Shown here: one piece after another, positions 8,386 through 18,695 of the stretch | Layout: every line of letters begins with the position of its first letter | Position numbering within the stretch: position 1 is the stretch's first letter | Source of the DNA: an uncultured Gammaproteobacteria bacterium | GTDB taxonomy: Bacteria > Pseudomonadota > Gammaproteobacteria > CAISUE01 | Length of the DNA stretch: 64,000 nt | Assembly (NCBI GenBank): GCA_964471475.1 | Contig: CAYYFQ010000003.1 | Coordinates: forward strand, 164 to 64,163 | Direction of reading: 5' to 3' | Position numbers and translations under genes: made by a program | The notes under the pieces: model-generated | Databases searched by the model: none | What the model was told of the DNA's origin: nothing | What the model saw: the letters and a program-made list of their open reading frames with translations, nothing else

Positions 8386-9438
8386 ATGGCTTATCATGCG
8401 TGCAAAAATGTGAAGCTAAGCCCTGTGATTACTCTTCCAAAATCCGAACTACATATCCATCTTGAAAGCGCTATTTCTCCTGCTTTATTAAAAAATTTTG
8501 CTAAAGCACAACACAAAGAGTTGCCACGAGAGCTTTTTACTGCTGATGGGGAAAACTATTATTTAAAAAATTTTACAGAACTTCACCACCTTTATGATTT
8601 CGTGGCTAGTTTTTTAACGACGCCTGAAGATTTTTATCAGTTGGCTTATAGTTATTTACAACATTTAACAGAGGACGGCGCAATTTATGCGGAGTTGATT
8701 ATTGCACCAGGCTATGCGCTTGCGCATGGGATTAGTTATTCTCAATTAATAGAAAGTTATGCAAAAGCTATTGATGATGCGAGGCGTGATTTTGGCATAG
8801 AAAGTCGATTATTACTTGCGCTCATTCGTCATCAGGGTTTGAATGAAGCCAAAAAAGCCTTAGATCAAGCATTATATGAACGTCATCCTTATTTAAGTGG
8901 TGTTAATCTAGTTGGAGACGTGACTCAGTATCCTTTAAAAATTTTTTTACCACTCTATGAAAAAGCGGCGAGTGCTGGGCTTGGTTGTACTATTCACGTC
9001 GGTGAAACTTTTCACCCTTTTGAATATGAAGAAATGCAATTAGTTTTAGATCATTTCCCCATTACAAGGATTGGTCATGGCATACGAGCAGTGGACTCCC
9101 CTCCTCTACTTGAAAAAATACTTGAAAAAAATATTGTCATGGAGATCTCTTTATCAAGTAATGTGTTATTACAATTTTCTAAAGACTATGCATCACACCC
9201 CCTCAGTATTTTTAAAAATTTAGGGATAAAATATTGTTTGAACACGGATGATTCTTATTTAATGAATACGACGCTTCAGCGCGAACATCAATTGGCGCAG
9301 ATGCATTTGAACCTTACTAAGGAAGATCTGCTTTGTGCCACTAAAACAGCTATTGAAGCTGCTTTTGTACCGGAAAATATTAAGCAACAACTTTTGCATA
9401 GGATAGCAGAGGCTTCTGCGCGCCTTCCCGTGCGCTAA
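8386..9438 (+). CDS. Adenosine/adenine deaminase family metallo-hydrolase
   Basis: LPKSELHIHLES (metal-binding HxH), HVGE and CLNTDDS are adenosine deaminase signatures. The ORF track starts at a TTG (8311); the ATG at 8386 gives a canonical N-terminal length. Confidence 0.8.
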   Translation: MAYHACKNVKLSPVITLPKSELHIHLESAISPALLKNFAKAQHKELPRELFTADGENYYLKNFTELHHLYDFVASFLTTPEDFYQLAYSYLQHLTEDGAIYAELIIAPGYALAHGISYSQLIESYAKAIDDARRDFGIESRLLLALIRHQGLNEAKKALDQALYERHPYLSGVNLVGDVTQYPLKIFLPLYEKAASAGLGCTIHVGETFHPFEYEEMQLVLDHFPITRIGHGIRAVDSPPLLEKILEKNIVMEISLSSNVLLQFSKDYASHPLSIFKNLGIKYCLNTDDSYLMNTTLQREHQLAQMHLNLTKEDLLCATKTAIEAAFVPENIKQQLLHRIAEASARLPVR

Positions 9439-9474
9439 GCTACTACGACAACTCCGGACGAAGATTTTTATATC

Positions 9475-11907
9475 TCACATCGTAGGTCTTGGGCTTGGGC
9501 TTTCATCTTCGGAAGGTACTTCCGCTGTTTCTTCAACCGTAGGTTTGGGTCTTGAGATTTCATTTTCGGAAGGTACTTCTGCTGCTTCTTCGCTTGCGGC
9601 AGCCCTGTCTTCAGAAGATACTTCCGCTGTTTCCGCCATCGCACCCCTCCTGTCTTCAGGAAAGGTGACAGAAGAAAGGATCCCACATATAATGCGTGAT
9701 TTTTCCAAATCATCAACCACTTTTCTTGTTTGATTTAGAAGTTCTTCTAGCCTGGAAGAATAAGTAGCGTTTTCTTTCTTTGTTTTGTTTGCTTTGTGGT
9801 TTGCTTTGTGGAATTTCAGTGCTAGAGCATTATATTCACGATTTAGCTGATTTGCTTGCTTCTCTGTTATTTTTTTTTGAGAGGCTACCTCTAGTGTTCT
9901 ATTCAACAGCTTATTTACCGAGCTCATAAGATCAAACAACTCTTCTTTTTCTGGAAAATTTTCTATTTCCGAATAAGCGTGTGAAAGCATTTTCTCAAGG
10001 TCGTGTGCGAACATGGTTAGTTTTGTACGTAGAGTTTCCAATGATCTATGTTTGCGTGTTAATATTGTATCCTGCAGTGTTCTTGTTTGGGATCGCAAAG
10101 AATCGACTAAGCTCTGGACATCTTGCGATAAAGGTTTTACTGGTTGCGAACCTGCTTCCTCTTCCATCTTTGCCATGGCTCGATCAAGATAACGTGCTAA
10201 TGGTTGATGTTCACCTCTCGTCAGGGGGGTAATGCTTTGAAGACTAGACATATAACATGCAATGGCCTGATTTAAAGCTGTTTTTTGAGGGGTTTCATCT
10301 TCAAGCTCAGCTGCTCGCTTGAGAATGATTGCCATTAATTGTTGCAATAAAGAGCGTAAGCCTCCTTTTGCCAGATAAAAATCACGGAAAATTTTATAAA
10401 AAAAATCTTGTGGGCCGAGCATCCATAGGGTATGCGCAAAGGGCAAATCATCCATATCCAACTCGAGGGTTGAGGCACCTTTTTCTAGAATTATTTTAAA
10501 GCAACCCATGCTACGCCTTCTAAATGCAAATTTTAAAAAGGAAAGATGCTCTCCGAACTCTGTTTCTATTCGATATCGATTAACAGGAAACGCACCTGTA
10601 TTTAGTAACAATTCTAAAGTTTTCCCCTCATCGTATTCAATAAGATATTTCAAAACACGGTTGGGCATATGCTTTGCAAAAACAGATAGTGTTTGAATAT
10701 CTGCTTCTTTCTGTTGATCTCTTGTTTTGATAAGAAGAAGATCGAAGTGTTGGCGTGTTTTTTGATCAAAATATGAATCTCGCATTATTGCTTCAATAAG
10801 CAGTTGAATACCAACGACCTCAGTTTCTTGGAGGGAGCGATGAACAAGAAAAAAGTCCTCTGCATTAAGGGGGTTTAGGCTTGGTGAACACTCTGAGAGG
10901 TACAACAAAGTTTCTTGCGCCTGCTGGTAACCTGTGGCAACGACATCACAGCTTGGAGGATTCATAGAATCAAAATGCGCTCGCCATGTTCGAAGTGTGC
11001 TTAGGCTTTCCTCTAAATTTCGCAGCTTTGCTGCTTGATCAGGAGAGATGGAGCTTGACCCACCGGCATTACTTGAAAGAGTGGCATGGCTTTTTGTATC
11101 TTCCTCCTCTAGCGCAAGAGAGGAAGATACGGTTTCAGCCACAGCAATATCCAAGGCTGAAGGCGAGATAATCTCAACTGTGTGTTGTTCCCGCAACCAA
11201 TCCGCATATTCCCAGCTAACAAATTCCTGATATTTTTCTAGAAGCTGTTTTTGTGTTTCGCTACCGCCTATACTCGCTAGATAGTTAGCTTCCACTAAAG
11301 CTTCTTCAATCCGTGCTAAAAGTTCCTTGAATATCGCAGAGATTTTATCCTTTTGTTTTTGATCGATGTCTATTGGGTGGTCTCGTGTACCGTGGTCTAT
11401 TGGCAGGTTAATCTTCAAAAGGAGATCTATTTTTTTGATAAGACTTTCTTGAGTGCTCTGAATGATGGTCTCTTGGGTCATGCGTAAAACGCTCATATCG
11501 GGAGCACATTGCATGATCGCCCATTGAATTAATAATTCTTTGTCTTCGGGTGGAATAGGAATAGCCTTGGGTGAAGTATCTAATAATGTGAGATAACAAG
11601 GTTTATCTTGATTATCAAAATAAATATGTAATTTATAAACTCCTCTCTCGAGTGTGACCGTATAATGGTAAAAACTAGAAGCTTTGTCAGGACGTATTAC
11701 TTCATAAATACTCATATGATGCTCGTCCACCACATGGGTTCTATTAGCTATTCTGAGCTCCTGACGTTTATTCGGTAAAGTAATGAGCGCAAACGACCCA
11801 TACGTAGGGGAAGATTTTAGTTGTAACCGATCGCCAGCAAAAATTCTATGACCAGTATCCTGTTGCAAAAGATTATAAAACGGGTTGGCTGCGTTCGTTC
11901 TTGGCAT
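9475..11907 (-). CDS. Large orphan protein (810 aa) with a Glu/Pro/Ser-rich repetitive C-terminus; candidate secreted (Dot/Icm-type) effector
   Basis: A long uninterrupted ORF with no family I recognise. It has predicted coiled-coil-like stretches. The C-terminus is ...AETAEVSSEDRAAASEEAAEVPSENEISRPKPTVEETAEVPSEDESPSPRPTM. Confidence 0.6.
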   Translation of the reverse strand: MPRTNAANPFYNLLQQDTGHRIFAGDRLQLKSSPTYGSFALITLPNKRQELRIANRTHVVDEHHMSIYEVIRPDKASSFYHYTVTLERGVYKLHIYFDNQDKPCYLTLLDTSPKAIPIPPEDKELLIQWAIMQCAPDMSVLRMTQETIIQSTQESLIKKIDLLLKINLPIDHGTRDHPIDIDQKQKDKISAIFKELLARIEEALVEANYLASIGGSETQKQLLEKYQEFVSWEYADWLREQHTVEIISPSALDIAVAETVSSSLALEEEDTKSHATLSSNAGGSSSISPDQAAKLRNLEESLSTLRTWRAHFDSMNPPSCDVVATGYQQAQETLLYLSECSPSLNPLNAEDFFLVHRSLQETEVVGIQLLIEAIMRDSYFDQKTRQHFDLLLIKTRDQQKEADIQTLSVFAKHMPNRVLKYLIEYDEGKTLELLLNTGAFPVNRYRIETEFGEHLSFLKFAFRRRSMGCFKIILEKGASTLELDMDDLPFAHTLWMLGPQDFFYKIFRDFYLAKGGLRSLLQQLMAIILKRAAELEDETPQKTALNQAIACYMSSLQSITPLTRGEHQPLARYLDRAMAKMEEEAGSQPVKPLSQDVQSLVDSLRSQTRTLQDTILTRKHRSLETLRTKLTMFAHDLEKMLSHAYSEIENFPEKEELFDLMSSVNKLLNRTLEVASQKKITEKQANQLNREYNALALKFHKANHKANKTKKENATYSSRLEELLNQTRKVVDDLEKSRIICGILSSVTFPEDRRGAMAETAEVSSEDRAAASEEAAEVPSENEISRPKPTVEETAEVPSEDESPSPRPTM
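9478..9657 (-). repeat. Imperfect in-frame repeats encoding E(T/A)AEV(S/P)SE(D/N)
   Basis: Three copies of about 27 nt (TTCGGAAGGTACTTCyGCTGyTTCTTC and a variant) lie near 9505, 9564 and 9611 on the plus strand. Confidence 0.5.
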
Positions 11908-12002
11908 AATAACCTCCAGTTTATTAAAATTATAGGGAGTAGTGAAGAGCTTGAACTCACATTGTGTGGTTTTTTGGAAGTGATTGTCAAATTAAAATTT
12001 TT

Positions 12003-12755
12003 TTACCAACTAATCAATCGGCCAACCGCCCAATTTACTATCCAATAGAATAAGAGGGATAAGATAATTAATACTAAGATGACCGCAAATACTAAATCAG
12101 TTTCAAAACGCCCATTAGCCTCAAGTAATAAAAACCCTAATCCTTGAGTGGCTCCAATCCACTCCCCAATAACAGCACCCATTAAGGCGCCAGCAGCCGC
12201 AATTCTTAAGCCGGATGCTAAATAAGGTAATGCCGCTGGAATTTGAATGCGCCATAATATCGCCCAAGAACGATCGGTCATTAAATGTGCAACCTCCAAC
12301 CATTGTGGATTCGTGCTTTTTAAACCATCTAAAAAAGCACTGGCCATCGGAAAAAACAGCATGATAGCCACTAAAATAATTTTTGATGTCACTCCGTAAC
12401 CTAACCACAACACGAGTAAAGGCGCAATAGCTAACGTAGGAAGAGCTTGACTAATTAGTAGTACTGGCCAAAATAAAAAACCTAATGCGCGATAACGAAA
12501 AAATAATAAGGCTGATGTCGTCGCAAAGAAAAAAGCGACTACGCTTCCTAAGAAAGCCTCTAACAAAGTTACTTCAGCAGCGTAAAGTAATAAATCAGCA
12601 CGCTTGAAAAGTAACTCAACCACGGTGAGAGGCGAAGGTAAAAAATATTTAGGGACATCGCCTAGCCAAATAACACTCTGCCACAATAGGCTTAAAAAAA
12701 TTAACAATAAGAATACACGGCTACATGACTTTAGAAGCTTGAGAGGATTTAACAT
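12003..12755 (-). CDS. ABC transporter permease (nitrate/sulfonate/taurine-type, 250 aa)
   Basis: A six-helix BPD-type permease. It overlaps the upstream ATPase gene by 7 nt. Confidence 0.8.
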   Translation of the reverse strand: MLNPLKLLKSCSRVFLLLIFLSLLWQSVIWLGDVPKYFLPSPLTVVELLFKRADLLLYAAEVTLLEAFLGSVVAFFFATTSALLFFRYRALGFLFWPVLLISQALPTLAIAPLLVLWLGYGVTSKIILVAIMLFFPMASAFLDGLKSTNPQWLEVAHLMTDRSWAILWRIQIPAALPYLASGLRIAAAGALMGAVIGEWIGATQGLGFLLLEANGRFETDLVFAVILVLIILSLLFYWIVNWAVGRLISW

Positions 12756-13489
12756 AAGGTGCTCGCCATAGATTCTAAAATGCGTGCTTGCAGTGTCAAT
12801 AATTCGGAAGTCAATGCGCGCGGTTTTGGCGTGAGAGGTACACTCATTGCTTTTAAAGTAGCCGGGGAACCTTGCAATATATAAATTTGATCCGCTAATC
12901 GTAATGCTTCTAAAGGATCATGTGTTACTAATAAGACCGTTTTATTTTGTGCAAAATGTCCTAAGAGATCTTGCATTTTATAGCGCGTAATAGCATCTAG
13001 CGCCGAAAAAGGCTCATCTAGCAACCATAATGGTTTATTTTCTACAAATATTCTTACTAATGCCACCCGCTGGCGCATGCCTCCTGATAACGCTGCTGGT
13101 TTCTTGATCCAATCTTTTTCTGGTAATCCTACTTGTAATAATGTTGCTTTCGCTTGTTGAATAATCTCGGTAGAACAATTATTACGTAAGCGATAACCCA
13201 GTAATACGTTATCAAGAATATTCAGCCACGGAAGTAAATTATCATTTTGTGTCATCAACATCACGCGATGCACTAAACTTTGATGATCAGAGGCAGTAAT
13301 TTCCCCATTCCATTGCATAGCATGCGCAGAAGTGTTAGCAATTAAATGGAGCAAGCTGCTTTTCCCGATGCCGGTGGTGCCAAGCAAACACACACACTGC
13401 CCATGTTTTATTGATAAAGAAAGATCTTGAGCAATTAATTGCTTATGATAACGGATAGTTAAGTGATTAATAGAGAGGTCAAAAGTCAT
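12749..13489 (-). CDS. ABC transporter ATP-binding protein (246 aa)
   Basis: Walker A GTTGIGKSS, signature LSGGMRQRVAL, Walker B LWLLDEPFSALD. Confidence 0.85.
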   Translation of the reverse strand: MTFDLSINHLTIRYHKQLIAQDLSLSIKHGQCVCLLGTTGIGKSSLLHLIANTSAHAMQWNGEITASDHQSLVHRVMLMTQNDNLLPWLNILDNVLLGYRLRNNCSTEIIQQAKATLLQVGLPEKDWIKKPAALSGGMRQRVALVRIFVENKPLWLLDEPFSALDAITRYKMQDLLGHFAQNKTVLLVTHDPLEALRLADQIYILQGSPATLKAMSVPLTPKPRALTSELLTLQARILESMASTLC

Positions 13490-13509
13490 TAGAAAGCCCC
13501 TTTATTTTT

Positions 13510-14901
13510 CTAGAACTTCAGCACTACAAAACTACTGGCATTTTGAGCAGGGCGAAATACATTTAATAAGAGCTGATTCGTATTCGTTTTGGCGATGCTA
13601 TTTAAATCACTAATGCTTGATACCGGTTTTAAATTAGCCGATAAAATAATATCTCCTTCACGAACACCTGAACGCCAAGCCAAACTATCCGTGGCCACAC
13701 GCAACACTTGAATACCCTTGACGGCGCCAGCCACAGAAGTTTGTACATCGATGGCTTGTAAATCTAAACCATATAAAAAAGGATTACTGATTTCGATTTG
13801 ATGCTGATAAACATCCGGATCGGCTGTGACTATATGAGTGGTGATTGTTTTGCCGCCACGTAAATATTCAATCATTAGCGTCGCACCTACTTGCTGTAAT
13901 CCCACATAATTACGCACCGAGGCCGCGTTTTTAATGGTAACGCCATTAATACGAACGATAATATCTCCTACTTTCAAACCCGCTTTTGCAGCAGGTGAGT
14001 TAGGAATCACTAAAGCCACTAAAGCCCCCTCTTCTTGCGTCACATGTAAGCTGGTTGCAATATCTGAGGTAAGATCATTGACAATAATCCCAATAAAACC
14101 ACGATGAATTGTGCCATATTTAATCAATTGCATCATCACACTATGTGCCATGTTAGCTGGAATGGCAAAGCCAATTCCCACATTTCCACCTGCGGGTGCC
14201 ACGATGGCCGTATTGACTCCGATCATCGCACCTGACGTATCAATGAGAGGGCCTCCTGAATTGCCAGGATTAATCGACGCATCGGTTTGAATAAAATCTT
14301 CAAAATTTTCGATATGCAAATCACTACGACCAAGACCACTAATAATTCCTGAAGTCACCGTCTGACCAATACCAAAAGGGTTCCCAATCGCATAAACGGA
14401 TTCCCCCACTTTAAGTCTGTCAGAATCTCCAAAACGAATAGCGCTTAAACGTTCTGGTTTTATTTGTAAAACCGCAATATCCGACTCTGCGTCAGTACCA
14501 ATGACTTTTGCGATAAAGCGTCGTTGATCTGTCAGTGTTACGGTAGTAGTTTTGGCATCTTTGATCACGTGCGCATTAGTAATGACATAGCCATGTGCGG
14601 CGTCTACAATCACTCCAGAACCTACACTGTTAAATTTTTTCTTCACTGGCAATAAGCCGCTCGATTGATCAAGCATCGTGTTAGGATCAATATCCATGGA
14701 TTCAGGGTCAGCATTTTTTATGCTTTTAGGATCAATCATCATTGAGATTTCACCCATAGTGGCAATATTGACTACAGCAGGTGAAATATTTTTAAGCATG
14801 GAGGGTAAATTGTTATTTGCTCCTATACTACCAAGATTTCGCTGCGCAAAAACCGGTAAGCTGATTAGAAACGCTAATATAAAAACAATAATTCGTTGCA
14901 T
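13510..14901 (-). CDS. htrA: Periplasmic serine endoprotease DegP/DegQ (HtrA family, two PDZ domains)
   Basis: Signal peptide MQRIIVFILAFLISLPVFAQ. The catalytic triad context is TNAHVI / DIAVLQI / GNSGGPL. Two PDZ-like regions follow. Confidence 0.9.
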   Translation of the reverse strand: MQRIIVFILAFLISLPVFAQRNLGSIGANNNLPSMLKNISPAVVNIATMGEISMMIDPKSIKNADPESMDIDPNTMLDQSSGLLPVKKKFNSVGSGVIVDAAHGYVITNAHVIKDAKTTTVTLTDQRRFIAKVIGTDAESDIAVLQIKPERLSAIRFGDSDRLKVGESVYAIGNPFGIGQTVTSGIISGLGRSDLHIENFEDFIQTDASINPGNSGGPLIDTSGAMIGVNTAIVAPAGGNVGIGFAIPANMAHSVMMQLIKYGTIHRGFIGIIVNDLTSDIATSLHVTQEEGALVALVIPNSPAAKAGLKVGDIIVRINGVTIKNAASVRNYVGLQQVGATLMIEYLRGGKTITTHIVTADPDVYQHQIEISNPFLYGLDLQAIDVQTSVAGAVKGIQVLRVATDSLAWRSGVREGDIILSANLKPVSSISDLNSIAKTNTNQLLLNVFRPAQNASSFVVLKF

Positions 14902-14914
14902 GGTAGATGAATCC

Positions 14915-15418
14915 TCAAACCGTATTATTTAAGATAAACTTAGATTGCTGATCTTTGGGTAAAAAACCTTGCAACCACTGCTCTAATGGCATAAAAGGCG
15001 GGATGAGGCGTGATTGCTGCCACCAAGACTCCTCCGTAGCGGGAGTTAATTTTAAAATCATCAAGAGTACGCCAACAATGAGAACACCTCGTAACAATCC
15101 AAAAAGTAATCCCAGTGAACGGTCTGTACCACTTAAACCTGTTTTATCTACTAATTGACCCAACAAATAATTTACGAGACCGCCTAAAATCATCGTAATA
15201 ACAAAGAGACCAATAAATGCAACGGGATATTGTAAGCTCTTCGAATGGATATAAGCCGACAATATCACTGCTAATTCTGAACTAAAATGCCAGGCCACCC
15301 AAAAAGCTACCACCCAGGTCACTATGGATAATAACTCCCGGATAAAACCACGAAAAATACTAATCACTGCAGAAAAAGCAATTAAGCCAATAATAATAAA
15401 ATCAAAAATATTTAACAT
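14915..15418 (-). CDS. cvpA: Colicin V production protein CvpA (membrane protein)
   Basis: MLNIFDFIIIGLIAFSAVISIFRGFIRELLS... is the typical CvpA N-terminus, with 4 TM helices. Confidence 0.85.
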   Translation of the reverse strand: MLNIFDFIIIGLIAFSAVISIFRGFIRELLSIVTWVVAFWVAWHFSSELAVILSAYIHSKSLQYPVAFIGLFVITMILGGLVNYLLGQLVDKTGLSGTDRSLGLLFGLLRGVLIVGVLLMILKLTPATEESWWQQSRLIPPFMPLEQWLQGFLPKDQQSKFILNNTV

Positions 15419-15426
15419 AATATGCC

Positions 15427-15840
15427 CTAGTCATTACTTGATATAAAACAGCAAGGGATGGTTACGGGTTGCTGATGCTCGTTTGTAATAGCATTAATCG
15501 TATGCCAATCGAGTTGTGAATTAAATTCCGCTAAAAAAGGCCCAAGCCGCGCTCCCTTCTGCGTCACTTCTATGGGTAATTCATTTTGTACCAGCTGAGC
15601 CATAGAAATGAGGCTTTCCTTTGAGAATGGAATATAAAAAATAGTATTCACGTTAATCGTTGGGTTGACAGTATAACTGAATTTAGGAGTGATGGGTATG
15701 AAAAATCGTGTTTTAGGCATCAATATATTAATTATCTCAGTTTTATGTGTAAAAGGATAAAATAATATCGACGCCACAATAAGAAGCACCGCAATGAAGA
15801 TTCTCTGGTTACGCCGTAGATGCTTTCTTCGAAAAACCAT
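15427..15840 (-). CDS. Hypothetical membrane-anchored protein, possibly SPOR/DedD-like
   Basis: It has a single N-terminal TM helix and sits upstream of cvpA, as dedD does in enterobacteria. There is weak SPOR-like sequence (ARLGPF). Confidence 0.35.
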   Translation of the reverse strand: MVFRRKHLRRNQRIFIAVLLIVASILFYPFTHKTEIINILMPKTRFFIPITPKFSYTVNPTINVNTIFYIPFSKESLISMAQLVQNELPIEVTQKGARLGPFLAEFNSQLDWHTINAITNEHQQPVTIPCCFISSND

Positions 15841-15854
15841 AAAATAAGTTGCTC

Positions 15855-18695
15855 TTAACGATCAATCGTATAATAAATGTCTGCCCCATTACCAAAGGTG
15901 CTGCTTTCAGTTTGTGCCATCCATGAACGGGAAATTTGGTATTTTACATTAAATATACTCGCACCTTCCCCTACGGCTGCACTATAACTTAAATATAATC
16001 GGGGAGAGAGGGCTTTACTCAAAATTAAAGCGGTTGATTGCGTCACTTGTTGGCTGTTAGGGTTATATTGAGATACGGTGCCTACATTGACGTCAATTCC
16101 CAAAGATTGTTTGACTTCATTTTGCAAATTAGTGACTGTATTGCTCGTAGAATTCCCTCCTAAAGCAGAAGCAGCACTTAATAATAGTTGGCCTCCCCCG
16201 CTGCCGGCTTGAGCTGCAGGCACACCTAAAATCAAATAAGATAAAATATCACTTTGTGTCAAACCCGATGGCATTGAAAATAATTGCATTTTATAACTTG
16301 ATAAAGGGCCTGCTATTTTTACACCAACCACTAATGTGCCATCCGGATTTGCCATAGGCGCCCCATTAATAAATCCCCCCGCTAAAGCTAAGCTAGAAAT
16401 ATTATGAAAAGTTTTTACTGCTTGAAAATCTAGAATAGGATCTGAAGCCGCTCTATGTACATAAGTTGCAGTGCCTTTTTGAATCGTTAAACTTTGCCCA
16501 TAGGCTTTGTAGCTACCATTGACCAAACGTAACTGCCCATTGGCTAAAACGGAAGCCCCAGCAGTTTGCATTAAGTTTACTTTGCCCTCTACTTTTCCTG
16601 ACAATCCTCCATAAGTCAGACTAATATCATCCCCCAAAATTAAATTTAAGTCACTCAAAAAATTGAGCACTGTATTTTGCTCTGAAACAAATTGAATATC
16701 AGAAGAAGGACTAATCACTTTGTCCGTATAGTCTGTAAAATTTAGACGTGCTTTTGGAATAAAAATATTTCCTGTTAAGCGCATTTGGGTTGCCTGACAT
16801 TCAAATAATAATTCCGGAGAAGCCCAAATTTTATAAAAAAATAAATTGGTCGCCAAAAAGTTTTTCCCTGCAATTTTTAATGCTATTTTGAGCCCACCAA
16901 AAATGTTTTCAATACGACCAGTTAATTGCAGACGCCCTGCTCCCGAGCCAATGATGCCATTAATTAGTAGGCTATGTTGTAAATCCCCTTCAATAGCCAA
17001 CGCCACTGGTTTTAACGTTAAATTATAAGTAAGCCAACTTGCGCTCCCTCTCAACAATTCAGCTTTCACATGAAAGTGCGGTTGGTTCAGCATACCACTT
17101 ATTTGAGTGTGCAGATTAATTTCGCCTTCAATGTTTTGTAAAGCGGGTAGAAGATTTTGTAAATAATTCAATTGATCGAAATGCCAGTCTACACTGCCTT
17201 GCACTGGTTGTTTGAGCCACTGCACGTTAAGAGAATCTCCCAACATAGGCAGCATAATATTTGCCATTCCATTTCCCCAATTGCTCTTTACATTTGCCTG
17301 AAGAGTTCCGGTATTATCATGGAAGGTGACAGCACAATCTCCTTGGGTAATCTCAATGGGGATTTGTGTATAGTCGTTGGCTTGGTAAGATAAAACCAGT
17401 GGCCATAACTGAAATGTTAAAGTCCCTTGCGGACGTCCTTTAGCATCAAAAATAAGATCCGTACTAAGTTGCGCCTTAGCTTGTGCTAAGTGCCATTGTG
17501 GAGATCTAAACGCAAAAATAGGCCAATTGATGACGGCTTGCAGATGATTTTGAGCCCAATTTCCTTTGCCATTGATGCTGAGTTGTTGAATGATGTTATC
17601 TTGCCACGAGATATTTTTTCCCACCACTGCTAACTTAAAATTTTTAATATCTTGATTCTTTATAGTAGCTTGCAAGCTATCAACCTCATAAGTTAACCAA
17701 TGCAAATGCATGATATGAGCAAAAGCTTCAATATAGGGATTTTGCCAATCTCCTTTTAAAAGACCTTGGCTGAAAATTTCGCCATGGCCAGTTGGTAACC
17801 AATAGGCCAAATCAGGAATATGGATAAGCCAATTTAAATGAGAATTTTTACTTAATTGCCCTGAAATATTAAGCTGCGCTTTGTCCACATGAATAAACCA
17901 ATTTTGCCAATCCACCAAGTCCTTACTCCAATGTAATTTGCCGCTCCCTTCTACTTCATGCCCATCCATACGGCCTGCTATTTTTTTTAAAAAAAGATTG
18001 CCTTCGTCGGGGCCATTTAGCTGGAATAACACATCTACTGACAGTTGGCTTGGCAGGTGCGCAATCGACTTAGTCCAAAAATAAGGATCTAACTCACCAA
18101 AAATATGGGCATCCAAATGGTGTGCAAGATGCCAATCATATCGTCCTACAAAATGTAGTGAGCTTGGCCACCACACGCTGTGAATTTGTTGGATCGTTAT
18201 GGTATGGGGAGAAACTTCGCCACCTAAAAATAACGTCGGAATAGGTTGCCAATGCGAAATCTCCATTCCGCTAATTTCCAATTGCCAGTTAGGATGTAGC
18301 AAAGGTCCATGCAGGGACAATTCTATATCTTTCAGAGTAGCAGGATGCGATGATTGCACATTTACTTCATGCAATCGTATACTGGGCACTTGCCATTGCA
18401 GTTTTAACAGAGGTAAAACATTCCAAGTGACACTTAAATTTTGGATGCGGAGAGATAAATTGGGCAATTCTACAGTCACTTTTTGAATAGCGAATTGATG
18501 CCACAAAGCACCGGAAACTTGTTGGTAAGAAAAAATATGGTGGGAATAAATACTCACTTGATTTAAGAACCAACGTGATCCACGCTCGCTATTAAATACG
18601 GTAAGGATAAATACAAAAGTAGCCAATAAGAAGGAAAATAAAATAGAAAAAATAACGATAATTATTTTTCCATAGGAAATTTTCATTGAGTTCAT
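15855..18695 (-). CDS. tamB: Translocation and assembly module protein TamB (DUF490 family, 946 aa)
   Basis: An N-terminal signal-anchor, a long beta-rich body and a C-terminal DUF490-like end (...LYLSYSAAVGEGASIFNVKYQISRSWMAQTESSTFGNGADIYYTIDR). Confidence 0.75.
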   Translation of the reverse strand: MNSMKISYGKIIIVIFSILFSFLLATFVFILTVFNSERGSRWFLNQVSIYSHHIFSYQQVSGALWHQFAIQKVTVELPNLSLRIQNLSVTWNVLPLLKLQWQVPSIRLHEVNVQSSHPATLKDIELSLHGPLLHPNWQLEISGMEISHWQPIPTLFLGGEVSPHTITIQQIHSVWWPSSLHFVGRYDWHLAHHLDAHIFGELDPYFWTKSIAHLPSQLSVDVLFQLNGPDEGNLFLKKIAGRMDGHEVEGSGKLHWSKDLVDWQNWFIHVDKAQLNISGQLSKNSHLNWLIHIPDLAYWLPTGHGEIFSQGLLKGDWQNPYIEAFAHIMHLHWLTYEVDSLQATIKNQDIKNFKLAVVGKNISWQDNIIQQLSINGKGNWAQNHLQAVINWPIFAFRSPQWHLAQAKAQLSTDLIFDAKGRPQGTLTFQLWPLVLSYQANDYTQIPIEITQGDCAVTFHDNTGTLQANVKSNWGNGMANIMLPMLGDSLNVQWLKQPVQGSVDWHFDQLNYLQNLLPALQNIEGEINLHTQISGMLNQPHFHVKAELLRGSASWLTYNLTLKPVALAIEGDLQHSLLINGIIGSGAGRLQLTGRIENIFGGLKIALKIAGKNFLATNLFFYKIWASPELLFECQATQMRLTGNIFIPKARLNFTDYTDKVISPSSDIQFVSEQNTVLNFLSDLNLILGDDISLTYGGLSGKVEGKVNLMQTAGASVLANGQLRLVNGSYKAYGQSLTIQKGTATYVHRAASDPILDFQAVKTFHNISSLALAGGFINGAPMANPDGTLVVGVKIAGPLSSYKMQLFSMPSGLTQSDILSYLILGVPAAQAGSGGGQLLLSAASALGGNSTSNTVTNLQNEVKQSLGIDVNVGTVSQYNPNSQQVTQSTALILSKALSPRLYLSYSAAVGEGASIFNVKYQISRSWMAQTESSTFGNGADIYYTIDR

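Noticed and set aside
9468-9716. An 82-aa minus-strand ORF and a 62-aa plus-strand ORF (9545..9733) over the C-terminal repeat of the 810-aa gene
   Set aside because: They are alternative-frame readings of the same low-complexity repeat DNA. The 810-aa frame is continuous and far longer.
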